Source: Rhodospirillales bacterium (lineage in GTDB: Bacteria; Pseudomonadota; Alphaproteobacteria; CACIAM-22H2). Taken from it: a DNA stretch of 33,850 nucleotides. Both the position numbers and the translations under genes were made by a program. Numbering within the stretch: the first letter of the stretch is position 1; every line of letters begins with the position of its first letter. Positions 8,979 through 18,135 of the stretch are shown here, in pieces. The stretch covers positions 1 through 33,850 of the forward strand of contig JACQAF010000161.1 in the NCBI GenBank assembly GCA_016195145.1, in the 5' to 3' direction. The notes beneath the pieces were generated by a model. The model had not been told where the DNA came from. It saw nothing but the letters and a program-made list of their open reading frames with translations, and did not search any database.

Positions 8979-10154
8979 TTAGGCGTTGGCCCGGCCGAGG
9001 ACGACGGCCATCGCGCCGACGACGCGATCCTGATCGGCCTCGGTCATGTCGGGAAATAGGGGCAGGCTGCAGATGCGCGCGCAAATGCGCTCGGCCTCGG
9101 GGAAATCGCCCGGTTTGAAGCCGAACTCCCGCCGGTAATAGGCGAAGAGATGCGCCGCCGTGTAGTGGAGCCCGACGCCGATATCCTGCTCCTTCATCGC
9201 GGCGATGAATTCGTCGCGAGCGAGCCCGGTTGTCTTGTCGTCGATCAGGGCGGTGAACAGATGCCAGGCGTGGCGGTGCGGAAACGTCGCCGGCTGCGGC
9301 AGCTCGATCTGACGCCAGCCGGCGAACAGCTTCTGGTAACGCGCGGCGAGCGCGCCGCGGCGAGCATTGAAGCCGTCGACCTTGGCGAGCTGATGCAGGC
9401 CGAGCGCCGCCTGCAAATCCATCATGTTGTATTTATAGCCGGGCGCGACGACGTCGTACTCCTGGCTGCCGGCCTTGCTGAAGCGGTTGAAGGCCTCGCG
9501 GTCGATGCCGTGGAAACGCATCGTCGACACCGCGCGCGCCACGTCGGCATCGCGGGTGACGACCGCGCCGCCCTCGCCGGTGGTCATGTTCTTGTTGGGA
9601 TGGAAGCTGAACACCTGAATGTCGCCGAAGGCGCCGAGACGCCGGCCCTTGTATTCGGCGCCGATGGCGTGGGCGCAATCCTCGATCACACGCAGATTCT
9701 TCGCCCGCGCCAGGTCGTAAAGCGGGTCGAGATCGACCGGCAGACCGGCAAAATGCACCGGCACGATCGCCCGCGTCCGCGGCGTGATCGCCTTGGCGAC
9801 GCGGCCGACATCGAGGTTGAACGTATCGGGTTCGACATCGGCCAGCACCGGCCGGCCGCCGGCCTGGACGATGGTGTTGAGCGTGGCGACGAAGGTCAGC
9901 GGCGTGGTAATCACCTCGTCGCCCGGTTTGAGGCCGAGCGCGAGAAGGGCGAGATGCAGCCCGGCGGTCGCCGAGGTGACGGCGAGCACGCGCGGCCCGC
10001 CGAAATATTCGGCGAGCGCCGCCTCGAATTTCTGGACGCGCGGGCCGGTGGCGAGCCAACCGGATTTGAGGCAGGCGACGACCTCGGCGATCTCGGCCTC
10101 GTCGATCGAGGGCCGCGCAAACGGCAGGAAGGGCCGGGCTGGTTTGTCGTCCAC
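8979..10154 (-). CDS. arnB: UDP-4-amino-4-deoxy-L-arabinose aminotransferase (DegT/DnrJ family)
   Basis: Motifs FLPFARPSI, SGWLATGPRV, IEDCAHAIG, FSFHPNKNMTTGEGG (PLP Lys) and GYKYNMMDLQAALG; operon context. Confidence 0.9.
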   Translation of the reverse strand: MDDKPARPFLPFARPSIDEAEIAEVVACLKSGWLATGPRVQKFEAALAEYFGGPRVLAVTSATAGLHLALLALGLKPGDEVITTPLTFVATLNTIVQAGGRPVLADVEPDTFNLDVGRVAKAITPRTRAIVPVHFAGLPVDLDPLYDLARAKNLRVIEDCAHAIGAEYKGRRLGAFGDIQVFSFHPNKNMTTGEGGAVVTRDADVARAVSTMRFHGIDREAFNRFSKAGSQEYDVVAPGYKYNMMDLQAALGLHQLAKVDGFNARRGALAARYQKLFAGWRQIELPQPATFPHRHAWHLFTALIDDKTTGLARDEFIAAMKEQDIGVGLHYTAAHLFAYYRREFGFKPGDFPEAERICARICSLPLFPDMTEADQDRVVGAMAVVLGRANA

Positions 10155-10162
10155 CGCCCCCC

Positions 10163-10528
10163 CTACCCGCGCGCGATCAGGTAGACGCCGAGGATCACGA
10201 CGAGGATGCCGATGATCCGCATCGCCGTCAGGTTCTCGTTAAACAGATAGAAGGCCGCAACCGCGTTGACGATGTAGCCGATGCTGAGCATCGGATAGGC
10301 GTAGCTCACCTCGACCCGCGACAGGACCAGCAGCCACACCGCGACGCTGACCACATAGAGCACGAGGCCGAACAGGACGAAGAGATTGCCCGCCACCTGG
10401 AGGCCGATCGGGCCGAAATTGGCCAGCGCGAAGTCGAAATGCCCGACCTGGCGCATGCCCTGCTTGAGCGCCAGCTGCGCGCCCGCGTTGAGCAGCACCC
10501 CGAGCAGGATCAGCGGCATATACTTCAT
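10163..10528 (-). CDS. SMR/EamA-type undecaprenyl-P-Ara4N flippase (single ArnE/F- or ArnG-like subunit)
   Basis: 121 aa with 4 hydrophobic segments; AQLALKQG, WLLVLSRVEVSYAYPMLS and YLFNE. ATGA overlap with the arnT stop. Confidence 0.85.
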   Translation of the reverse strand: MKYMPLILLGVLLNAGAQLALKQGMRQVGHFDFALANFGPIGLQVAGNLFVLFGLVLYVVSVAVWLLVLSRVEVSYAYPMLSIGYIVNAVAAFYLFNENLTAMRIIGILVVILGVYLIARG

Positions 10529-12225
10529 TTTGGGTCGTCCCGGTTGACGGCCAGCACGAAACGTTCGGTCCGCGCGACCTCGTAAATCCGGTTGGTCGGA
10601 TCGGCCCGGAGTCCGTCGAATCGCCACGGCGGAACGATCATATAAACAGTTTTAGGCCCCCGCCAGCGTTCCCAGAACGTCGCATCCTCGATCATCCAAC
10701 CGCTGGTGTCCTCGATTGTCGTGCCGAACTCAAGCTCGCCGGTCCATTCGACGATGGTCACCGTGCGCCCGATATAGACCGGCAAGTCCTGATGGTAGTT
10801 GCGGTAGGTCACCACCTCGTCGCCGGGCTTGAGGCGCTGGTTGAGAATTTCGGCCAGCGGCTTGATCGAGCGCAGCTGATAGCGGCCGACCAAGGCGTCG
10901 CCGAGAAGATTGACCGACACGGCAGCGACGAACATGACGACGAGCGAGGCTATCAGGCCGCCGCGGCGCACGACGACGATGGCCGCCGCAGCACCCAGCA
11001 CCAGGCTTCCGGCGGTCGCCGGCACGAGCCAGCCGGCGACATGCATCTCGCCAGCATTCTCCGCCCCGATCAGGCGTTCGGGAAAGGCGAGCACGGCGAG
11101 CGCGGCGATGGCGAGCGCGCTCCACAACCCGGCAAAGGCGGTGAACCCGGCTCGCATGCCGCGCGGCACGACGGCGTCGGCGAAGCCGTCGGCGAGGTAA
11201 CGGCCGATGAAAATCGCCAGCGGCGGAAAGACCGGCAGGATATAGGGAATGAGCTTCGAATCCGATGCCGAGAAAAAGGCGAAAATCAGCAGAACCCAGA
11301 GCAGCAGGAACATCTCGTTCTGATGCCGGCGGCGGTCGCGCCAGGCCTCGGCGACCGCCCGCCCTGTCGCCTGCCCGAGGAACACCACCCACGGCAGGAA
11401 GCCGAGCAGGATGATCGGGATGAAGAACCACGGCGGCTGGTAGCGGTTGTGAATCTTGGTCACGAAGCGCAGGAAATGCTCGTGGACGAAATAGAACCAG
11501 TAGAATTCCGGCGTCCGCGAGCCGGCCATGATGTGCCACGGCACGGCGAGGACGAGGAACAGGAGCAGGCCCGTCGGCAGATGCACCTCGCGCAGCAGCC
11601 GCCACTGCCCCGTGACCGCCAGCCAGACAAACACGACCAGCCCCGGCAGCACGATGCCGATCAGCCCCTTGGTCAGCACCGCGCCGGCCGCCATTGCATA
11701 GGCAAGGTACAGCAGGACCGAACGCTCGCGCCCCGGCGGCGCGCGAACGGCAAGGAGAAAGGCGAGCAGCGTCGCCGAAATAAAGAAGCTCACCGGCATG
11801 TCGAGCAGGATCACCCGACTCAGGCCGAAATGGAGAAGCGATGTCGCCAGCACCCCGGCGCCGAGCAGGCCGGCAGCGCGGCTGTAAAGCCGCCGCCCGC
11901 CTATATAGACAAGCAGACAGCTCAAGAGCCCAAATCCCGCCGTGGTGAAGCGCAGCGCCGCCTCGGACGTGCCGAACGCTTCGATCGCCGCCGCCTGGAT
12001 CCAGTAGAACAGCGGCGGTTTCTCGAAATACTTCACCCCGTTAAGGCGCGGCGTCACCCAGTCGCCGGTCGCCACCATCTCGCGCGGGATTTCCGCATAG
12101 CGCGCCTCGCTCGGCACGCCGAGCGGCCGCTGGCCGATAAATGCGCCGAACAAGAGCCCGATGAGGACGGTGAGCGCCAGCAGATCGCGAATCCACGACG
12201 CCCGGGGGCGTGAAGAATCCATCAC
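10525..12225 (-). CDS. arnT: Lipid A 4-amino-4-deoxy-L-arabinose transferase (GT83/PMT-like)
   Basis: Motifs SEARYAEIPREM, PRLNGVKYFEKPPLFYW, LTKGLIGIVLP, FFVHEHFLRF-like YFVHEHFLRF and SKLIPYILP; multi-TM. Confidence 0.92.
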   Translation of the reverse strand: MMDSSRPRASWIRDLLALTVLIGLLFGAFIGQRPLGVPSEARYAEIPREMVATGDWVTPRLNGVKYFEKPPLFYWIQAAAIEAFGTSEAALRFTTAGFGLLSCLLVYIGGRRLYSRAAGLLGAGVLATSLLHFGLSRVILLDMPVSFFISATLLAFLLAVRAPPGRERSVLLYLAYAMAAGAVLTKGLIGIVLPGLVVFVWLAVTGQWRLLREVHLPTGLLLFLVLAVPWHIMAGSRTPEFYWFYFVHEHFLRFVTKIHNRYQPPWFFIPIILLGFLPWVVFLGQATGRAVAEAWRDRRRHQNEMFLLLWVLLIFAFFSASDSKLIPYILPVFPPLAIFIGRYLADGFADAVVPRGMRAGFTAFAGLWSALAIAALAVLAFPERLIGAENAGEMHVAGWLVPATAGSLVLGAAAAIVVVRRGGLIASLVVMFVAAVSVNLLGDALVGRYQLRSIKPLAEILNQRLKPGDEVVTYRNYHQDLPVYIGRTVTIVEWTGELEFGTTIEDTSGWMIEDATFWERWRGPKTVYMIVPPWRFDGLRADPTNRIYEVARTERFVLAVNRDDPK

Positions 12226-12317
12226 GCTGGCCGACGGTAAGAAAGCATCGCGTAGAGCAGGTAAGGCAAAAGACCGAATCCGGACAGAAATGTTGCAGCG
12301 CAGCAGCGGGCGGCGCG

Positions 12318-12346
12318 ACTATGGAAAGCTGCCGGCGGAGAATCAA
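12318..12346 (-). promoter_or_regulatory. Putative sigma70 promoter of the arn operon
   Basis: Minus strand TTGATT-N17-CATAGT, about 90 nt upstream of arnT. Confidence 0.4.
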
Positions 12347-12370
12347 GGGAAATCTGGGCATTTTTACGGC

Positions 12371-12415
12371 AAAAAAAGCGGCCCGGTGCGAGGGAAGGAA
12401 ATCCGCACCGGGCCG
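12371..12415 (-). terminator. Rho-independent terminator of the FAH-tctCBA operon
   Basis: Perfect 12-bp stem (CGGCCCGGTGCG at 12379-12390 / 12404-12415) followed on the minus strand by C and T7. Confidence 0.85.
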
Positions 12416-12434
12416 AAGGGTCGCATGGGGCGGC

Positions 12435-13797
12435 CTAGTCGTCGCTGCTCGTCGCCAACCCCATGCGACGGCGCCAATCGAGCCGGCGGAAGATCAGCGG
12501 CGCCAGACTCAGCATCACGATGACCCCGGCAACCACGAACCGCCACCATGATCCAAACGTCGACCACGCTCTGGTTCACCGCGTAAACGCCAAGCAAGCA
12601 GAAGACCAGGATCAGCGGATAGAGATACGGAAAAGGAATCCGCAGCAGCCACAGGAACACGCCGATCAGCGGCAGGTTGAGGATCAGCAGCACGACGTTG
12701 CCGACATACATGCTGGCGATGAAGCCCCAGAACAGGCCCGGCTGCTGTTCGATCAGCAGCGGGCCGGGCGACACGCCGTGGACCATCAGCGCCGCCAGCA
12801 TCACCGCCGGGATCGGGCCGGAGGGCACGCCCAAGGCCAGCATCGGCACGAACGCGCCGCACGCGGCCGAGTTGTTGGCCGTTTCGGGCCCGGCGACGCC
12901 GGCGACCGCGCCCTGGCCGAATTCCTCGGGCCGCTTCGCCACGCGGCGTTCGATCGCGTACGAGGCGAAGGACGACACGATATGCGCCGATCCGGGAATG
13001 ATGCCGATGATGAAACCGAGAACGCTGCCGCGGCCGATCGGGCCGACCGATTCGCGCATTTCGGTGCGGGTCGGCAGCATCTCGGCCAGGGTCGGCTTGC
13101 GCACCGTGGCGGTCGAGGCCCCGCCCATGGTGAGGAGGATTTCCGAAATGCCGAACAGGCCGACCACCACCGGAACGACGCCGAGACCGTCGCCGAGATC
13201 GATGATGCCGTACTGGAAGCGCAGGAACCCGGTCATCGTGTCGATGCCGACCGTGCCCAGCAGCAAGCCGAGCGTCGCCATGGCCAAGGTTTTCGCCATC
13301 GATCCCCCGCTCATATAGGCGAGGACGAGCAGCCCCAGCATCAGCAGCGCCGTGTATTCCGGCGGCCCGAAGCGCAGCGCGAAATCGGCCAGCGGCGGCG
13401 CGATCAGCATCAGCGCGACGAGGCTCAGCGTGCCGCCGACGAACGAGCCGATCGCCGCGATCGCCAGCGCCGCACCGCCGCGGCCCTTTTTCGTCATCGC
13501 ATAGCCGTCGATGCAGGTCATCACCGAGGCGGCCTCGCCCGGCAGGCGCATCAGGATCGACGTGGTTGAGCCGCCATACATCGCGCCGTAATAAATGCCG
13601 GCGAGCAGGACGATGGCGACCGTCGGGTTGAGCCCGAAAGTGATCGGCAACAGCAGGCTGATGCCGGCGAGCGGCCCGAGGCCGGGCATCATGCCGACCA
13701 GCGTGCCGACGACGCAGCCGACGACGGCGTAAAGAAGCACGCCCGGCTGAAGCGCGATCGAAAACCCGAGAAAGAGATTCTGAAAGGTTTCGATCAT
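12435..13797 (-). pseudogene. tctA: Tripartite tricarboxylate transporter large permease with internal deletion/frameshift near 12540
   Basis: TctA motifs GTLVGMMPGLG, IYYGAMYGGSTTSIL and GVAGPETANNS. After VVDVWIMVA the frame turns hydrophilic, while the shifted frame gives FVVAGVIVMLSLAPLIFRRLDWRRRMGLATSSDD* (TAG 12437-12435) just ahead of the terminator. Confidence 0.8.
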
Positions 13798-14282
13798 TAC
13801 AGGCCCCACGGACCGGTCGGCAGCACGACCTTGAGGAGATCGGCAAAGACGAAATAGGTGCCGAAGGAAATGCCGAACGAGGCCAGGGCGACCGCGACCG
13901 GCGACCGCCGCTCCATGACCCCGAGCAGGAAGACAAGGATGGCGAGGATGGTCAGGCGATAGCCGAGCGTTTCCAGGGCGAGCGCTGCGAACGCCGCCGA
14001 GCCGAGGATGCCGGCGGCGTGACCCCCCTCCTGCCAGCGGATGGCGCGCAGCGGCGGCGCGTCGCCGCCGCCGACGATCACCATCGTCGCGCACAGGCCG
14101 AGAAGAAAGGCCAGCGCCATCGGCATTGCGCCGGGGCCCGGATGGCCGAACGTGCCCAGCGGTAGAACGCGCGTTTCCCACGCAATCGCCACGGCGAGCC
14201 CCAGCAGCACCGCCCCGGATATCCGGTCGGTCCGCCAGAATCCCGGCGACGTCGGGCCGGGATCGGGATTTGCGTCGGTCAT
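13797..14282 (-). CDS. tctB: Tripartite tricarboxylate transporter small permease
   Basis: 161 aa, 4-5 TM segments, GHPGPGAMP, ETLGYRL and C-terminal LPTGPWGL. TAATG coupling to tctA. Confidence 0.88.
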   Translation of the reverse strand: MTDANPDPGPTSPGFWRTDRISGAVLLGLAVAIAWETRVLPLGTFGHPGPGAMPMALAFLLGLCATMVIVGGGDAPPLRAIRWQEGGHAAGILGSAAFAALALETLGYRLTILAILVFLLGVMERRSPVAVALASFGISFGTYFVFADLLKVVLPTGPWGL

Positions 14283-14337
14283 GGCGATTCCTCGTGCGTT
14301 TCGTTGTATGGCGTCGTGCGACGTTGTTGTCCGGCCG

Positions 14338-15306
14338 CTATTCGACCTTGCCGATCCGCTTCACCGCTTCGGCGAGGCGGGCGGCATCCTTGTCGAGGAA
14401 CTTCTGGAACTCGGGCGCATCGAGATAGGCGCGCGGCGTCTGCATATTCTTGAGCGTGCCCAGGAACTCGGCGTCGTTGACGGCCGCGCGGGTGATGTCG
14501 CGCAGCTTGCCGATCAGCGGCGCCGGCGTTTGCGCCGGGGCGAACAGCCCGGCCCAGATGTAGAATTCGACGTCCTTGTAGCCCAGCTCCTGGAAGGTCG
14601 GCACATCCGGCAGGGCCGCGACGCGCGCAGCCCCCCAGTTGGCGAGCGGTCGCAGCTTGCCCGCCTCTATATGCGGCACGACGACGCCGGGACCGGAGGC
14701 GAGCGCCTGCACATGGCCGCCGAGCAGCGAGGTCAGGGCCGGGCCCGCGCCGTTGAACGGCACATGCTTGAGCTTGATATCCGCGGCGCTGGCGAACATT
14801 TCCATCGCCAGGTGCAGCGTGCTGTAAACGCCCGACGACGAATACGAAATCTCGCCCGGGCGTTTTTTCGCATCGGCGACGAAGTCGGCCAAAGTCTTCC
14901 ACGGGCTGTCCGCCGGCACGACCAGGATCGTCGGATCGGCGGTGATCAGCGCGATGGGCGTCAATTGATTCAACTGATAGGCCGGCTGGCGGCCGAACAG
15001 CTTGTCCGCCTCGGGAATCACCGAGATCGACGATAGCGCCATCAGAATCGTGTAACCGTCGGGCCGCGCATTGGCGGCCACGGAAATGCCGACCGCGCCG
15101 GCGGCCCCCGGACGGTTGCTGACGACCACCGGCTGGCGCAGCAGCTTCTCCATCGCCGACGCGGTGGGGCGGGCCGTCTGATCGGCCACGCCGCCGGGCG
15201 GAAACGGCACGACCATGGTGATCGGCCGGGTGGGATATTCCTGCGCGGCGATCGTCGCCGGCAGCAGCAACGCAAGACCGATCATGGCGGAAGCGAGGCG
15301 TTTCAT
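14338..15306 (-). CDS. tctC: Bug/TctC-family periplasmic substrate-binding protein
   Basis: Signal peptide; YPTRPITMVVPFPPGGVAD, NRPGAAGAVG, HVPFNGAGPA and PDVPTFQELG. Confidence 0.9.
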   Translation of the reverse strand: MKRLASAMIGLALLLPATIAAQEYPTRPITMVVPFPPGGVADQTARPTASAMEKLLRQPVVVSNRPGAAGAVGISVAANARPDGYTILMALSSISVIPEADKLFGRQPAYQLNQLTPIALITADPTILVVPADSPWKTLADFVADAKKRPGEISYSSSGVYSTLHLAMEMFASAADIKLKHVPFNGAGPALTSLLGGHVQALASGPGVVVPHIEAGKLRPLANWGAARVAALPDVPTFQELGYKDVEFYIWAGLFAPAQTPAPLIGKLRDITRAAVNDAEFLGTLKNMQTPRAYLDAPEFQKFLDKDAARLAEAVKRIGKVE

Positions 15307-15359
15307 CGGCGGATCCTCCGGTTTCAGGTTTGTCGTTCTTCAGCGCGTCGGGCGTCGCG

Positions 15360-16250
15360 TCAGGCGACGGTGTTTTCGAGCGTGCCGATCGGCTCGATGG
15401 TCAGCGCGACGACATCGCCTTTCTTGAGATACTTGGGCGGCTTGAAGCCGATGCCGACGCCGGCCGGCGTGCCGGTGGCGATCAGGTCTCCCGGCTCCAA
15501 CGTGATGCTCGCCGATATCGTCTCGATCAGCGTCGGGATATCGAAAATCAGGTCGGCAATCCGCGCGTCCTGCCGCACCTCGCCGTTGACGCGGGTGATG
15601 AGCCGCATCTTGCCGACATCGGGAATGTCGTCCGCGGTCACGATCCATGGCCCCATCGGACAGAAGCCATCGATACTTTTGCCGAGGAACCATTGTTTGT
15701 GCCGATGCTGGATCGTGCGTGCGGTCACGTCGTTGACGATCGTGTAGCCGAACACGTGATTGTAGGCCCGCGTTTTGGGGACGCTGCGCCCGCCCTTGCC
15801 GATGACGGCGGTCAGCTCGTTCTCGTAATCGACCGACTGCGTCGGGTCGAGATGGCCCGGGATCGCGTCGCCTGGGCCGATAACCGTGGTCGCCGGCTTG
15901 GTGAACACGATCGGCACATCGGGCACGGCGTTCGCGCCGGCCGAGGCGTCGAAGCCGCTCGAATGAAACTCGCGCGCATGCTCATGATAGTTCTTGCCGA
16001 CGCAGAAGATGTTCTTCGCCGGCCGGGGGATCGGCGCGCAAAGCCTGACCGCGCGCGCCGCGATCCGGCCCTTGCCGCTGGCGATCGCGCGGTGGGCCCT
16101 ATCGAATGCCGGCTTGCCGGCGGCGATGAATGCAATCATGTCGCGCGGCAGGTCGGGGGCTGCGATGGAAAAATCGACCAGCGTCGCCTCGTCCGCCTCG
16201 ATGACGCCAATACGCGCCCCTGCGGCATCGCTGAAAGTCACCAAACGCAT
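15360..16250 (-). CDS. Fumarylacetoacetate hydrolase family protein
   Basis: Motifs IFCVGKNYHEHA, VDYENEL, GYTIVNDVTAR, GKSIDGFCPMGP and LEPGDLIATGTPAGVG. Confidence 0.92.
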   Translation of the reverse strand: MRLVTFSDAAGARIGVIEADEATLVDFSIAAPDLPRDMIAFIAAGKPAFDRAHRAIASGKGRIAARAVRLCAPIPRPAKNIFCVGKNYHEHAREFHSSGFDASAGANAVPDVPIVFTKPATTVIGPGDAIPGHLDPTQSVDYENELTAVIGKGGRSVPKTRAYNHVFGYTIVNDVTARTIQHRHKQWFLGKSIDGFCPMGPWIVTADDIPDVGKMRLITRVNGEVRQDARIADLIFDIPTLIETISASITLEPGDLIATGTPAGVGIGFKPPKYLKKGDVVALTIEPIGTLENTVA

Positions 16251-16278
16251 GTTGTCCTCGGGAAAGAATGGCTATCTA

Positions 16279-16384
16279 TACCAATAATCATATTGGTACA
16301 GTAAATAGATAAGAAATTCTCAGATTTTACGCTGATTAAATCAATAAAAATCTTGACCAATTTAGAACCAATAAATAAATTGGT
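16279..16384. promoter_or_regulatory. Divergent promoter region with two ACCAAT-N6-ATTGGT palindromes (putative GntR/FadR operators)
   Basis: Palindromes at 16280-16297 and 16367-16384, plus an extra ACCAAT at 16356. TTGACC-N17-TAAATT (16353-16381) points toward the GntR gene. Confidence 0.65.
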
Positions 16385-16414
16385 ATTAAATTTGAGCCGC
16401 CCCGGATTCCCGCC

Positions 16415-17083
16415 ATGTCCCGCCTCGCCCCGACTCTCGATCGTTTGCGCCAACTCATTGACACCGGCATTGGCCGGGGCAGCCGCCTGCCGCCCGAACG
16501 CGAGCTCGCCCAGCGTCTCGAAATCAGCCGCGGCACATTGCGCCGCGCGCTCGAGACGCTTGAGGCCGAAGGCGTCATCTGGCGTCATGTCGGGCAGGGG
16601 ACGTTCGTCGGCCTGCGCCCTGCCGGTCCCGACAATGCCGCGATCACCCGGGTGACCAACCCCGACGAGGTGATGGAGGCCCGGTTGGCAATCGAGCCGC
16701 ATCTCGCCAGGCTCGCCGCCCTGCACGCGACGGCCGAGGACCTTGCGCGCATGGAAAACTGCCTGCGCAAAGGCGATGCGGCGACCAGTATCGCGACCTA
16801 CGAAGCCTGGGATAGCCGGCTGCATCGCGCCATCGCCGAGGCAGCGCGTAACCGCATGCTGCTTGCCCTGTTCGACGCCCTCAACGCCGTCCGCAACGAC
16901 AAGATATGGGGGCGACTCAAGACCGAGACGCTGACCCGGCCGCGCCAGGAAGGCTATTCCACCCATCATCGCCGGCTTGTTGCTGCCATCGGCCATCGCG
17001 ACACGGCGGCGGCGGAGCAGATCATGCGCACCCATCTCGAGGCGGTGCGCCGCGACCTGCTGGCGCCGCGCGCCGCATCGTAG
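16415..17083 (+). CDS. GntR/FadR-family transcriptional regulator (FCD domain)
   Basis: Motifs RLPPERELAQRLEISRGTLRRAL, VGQGTFV, EARLAIEP and DSRLHRAIAEAARN. Confidence 0.93.
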   Translation: MSRLAPTLDRLRQLIDTGIGRGSRLPPERELAQRLEISRGTLRRALETLEAEGVIWRHVGQGTFVGLRPAGPDNAAITRVTNPDEVMEARLAIEPHLARLAALHATAEDLARMENCLRKGDAATSIATYEAWDSRLHRAIAEAARNRMLLALFDALNAVRNDKIWGRLKTETLTRPRQEGYSTHHRRLVAAIGHRDTAAAEQIMRTHLEAVRRDLLAPRAAS

Positions 17084-17112
17084 CGGCCGGACGTGCATCG
17101 ATGCGCGCCGCC

Positions 17113-18111
17113 TCAAAACATGAACCCCTTGCCCACCGCCGCCGGAACGACGGCGTCGCCAAAGGCCGCCGCCAGCGCGGCGACCGCGCGCCAACCGGTG
17201 CAATGCGCCGGAACGATGCGTTGCAGCCCGAACGCCGCAAGGTCGCGCACCGTATCGACGATGCGCGCTTCGGGCGGCCCGGCGAGATGGAGCCCACCCA
17301 TCACGGCGTAAAGGGGAATGTCCGGGAAAGCCGCGTGCGCCGCAGTCAGCACATTCACCACTCCGGCATGAGAGCAGGCGGTGAAGACCACGAGTCCCTT
17401 GCCGCGCACATGGGCGGCGAGGAACCGTTCGTCCATGATCAGGGGATCGGGCTCCCAGTCCGTGCCGTCGGCCGCGCGTCGGACATGCGGCGGATAGCCG
17501 GTTTCATACGGGGTCAGGCGCGGAATCTCGCCGCTCAGAAAGAAGCGCTCGTCGAGCAGCAGGGTCGGCCCCGTTCCGACGACAACCCGCGCGCCGATAT
17601 CGCTCATCTCCTCGATGCCCGGAATTGGCTTGTGCGGCAGGACCGATCCGTCGCCCTGCCGGGCGCCGCGCTGGCGGAACATGTCGGGATGGACATAGAG
17701 CGGCAGATCCCGCCCCCTGTTATGCTGGCGGATCAGCGACAGCGCGGCCGGCAGCCCTCCGGCGTGATCCCAGTGCCCGTGCGACAGCACCGCAGCGCCG
17801 ATCGCCCCGAAATCGATGCCCAGCCGGAAACCGTTGCGCTGCACCGCATAGCCGGCCGGCCCCGCATCGAACAATACGGTCGATGTCGTCCCTTCCGCCT
17901 CGCCGGCGACGACCAGCGACAGACCGTGATTGGCGCAGCACACGCAATCGCCATCGAGCACGGCCATGCCCGCGGCGCGCAAACCCACCCATTCCGTCTG
18001 CACGAAAGGCGGATTGCTCGACAGGCTGTCGGTTGCGTTGTCGATCAGAACGCGCACCGTCAGCCGGTCGAGCGGACGCAGGGTCACGGGCGCGGTATTG
18101 GTAGATGCCAT
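17113..18111 (-). CDS. Metallo-beta-lactamase-fold hydrolase
   Basis: Motifs CCANHGLS, VLFDAGP, VLSHGHWDHAGG (HxHxDH), TACSHAGVVN, GGLHL and PAHCTG. Confidence 0.9.
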   Translation of the reverse strand: MASTNTAPVTLRPLDRLTVRVLIDNATDSLSSNPPFVQTEWVGLRAAGMAVLDGDCVCCANHGLSLVVAGEAEGTTSTVLFDAGPAGYAVQRNGFRLGIDFGAIGAAVLSHGHWDHAGGLPAALSLIRQHNRGRDLPLYVHPDMFRQRGARQGDGSVLPHKPIPGIEEMSDIGARVVVGTGPTLLLDERFFLSGEIPRLTPYETGYPPHVRRAADGTDWEPDPLIMDERFLAAHVRGKGLVVFTACSHAGVVNVLTAAHAAFPDIPLYAVMGGLHLAGPPEARIVDTVRDLAAFGLQRIVPAHCTGWRAVAALAAAFGDAVVPAAVGKGFMF

Positions 18112-18135
18112 GGGGACGTCCTCGCCCTTCCGGCG

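Noticed and set aside
12420-12469. 11-bp inverted repeat around the native tctA stop (possible MITE or regulatory stem)
   Set aside because: Single occurrence with no target-site duplication; plausible by chance in high-GC DNA.
12364-14181. 605-aa TctA as given by the ORF track
   Set aside because: The N-terminal extension overlaps tctB, and the C-terminal tail is post-frameshift sequence that runs through the terminator.
17113-18111. Antibiotic-resistance metallo-beta-lactamase
   Set aside because: No signal peptide, and the motif pattern (CSHAG, GGLHL, PAHCTG) fits non-lactamase cytoplasmic MBL-fold hydrolases.
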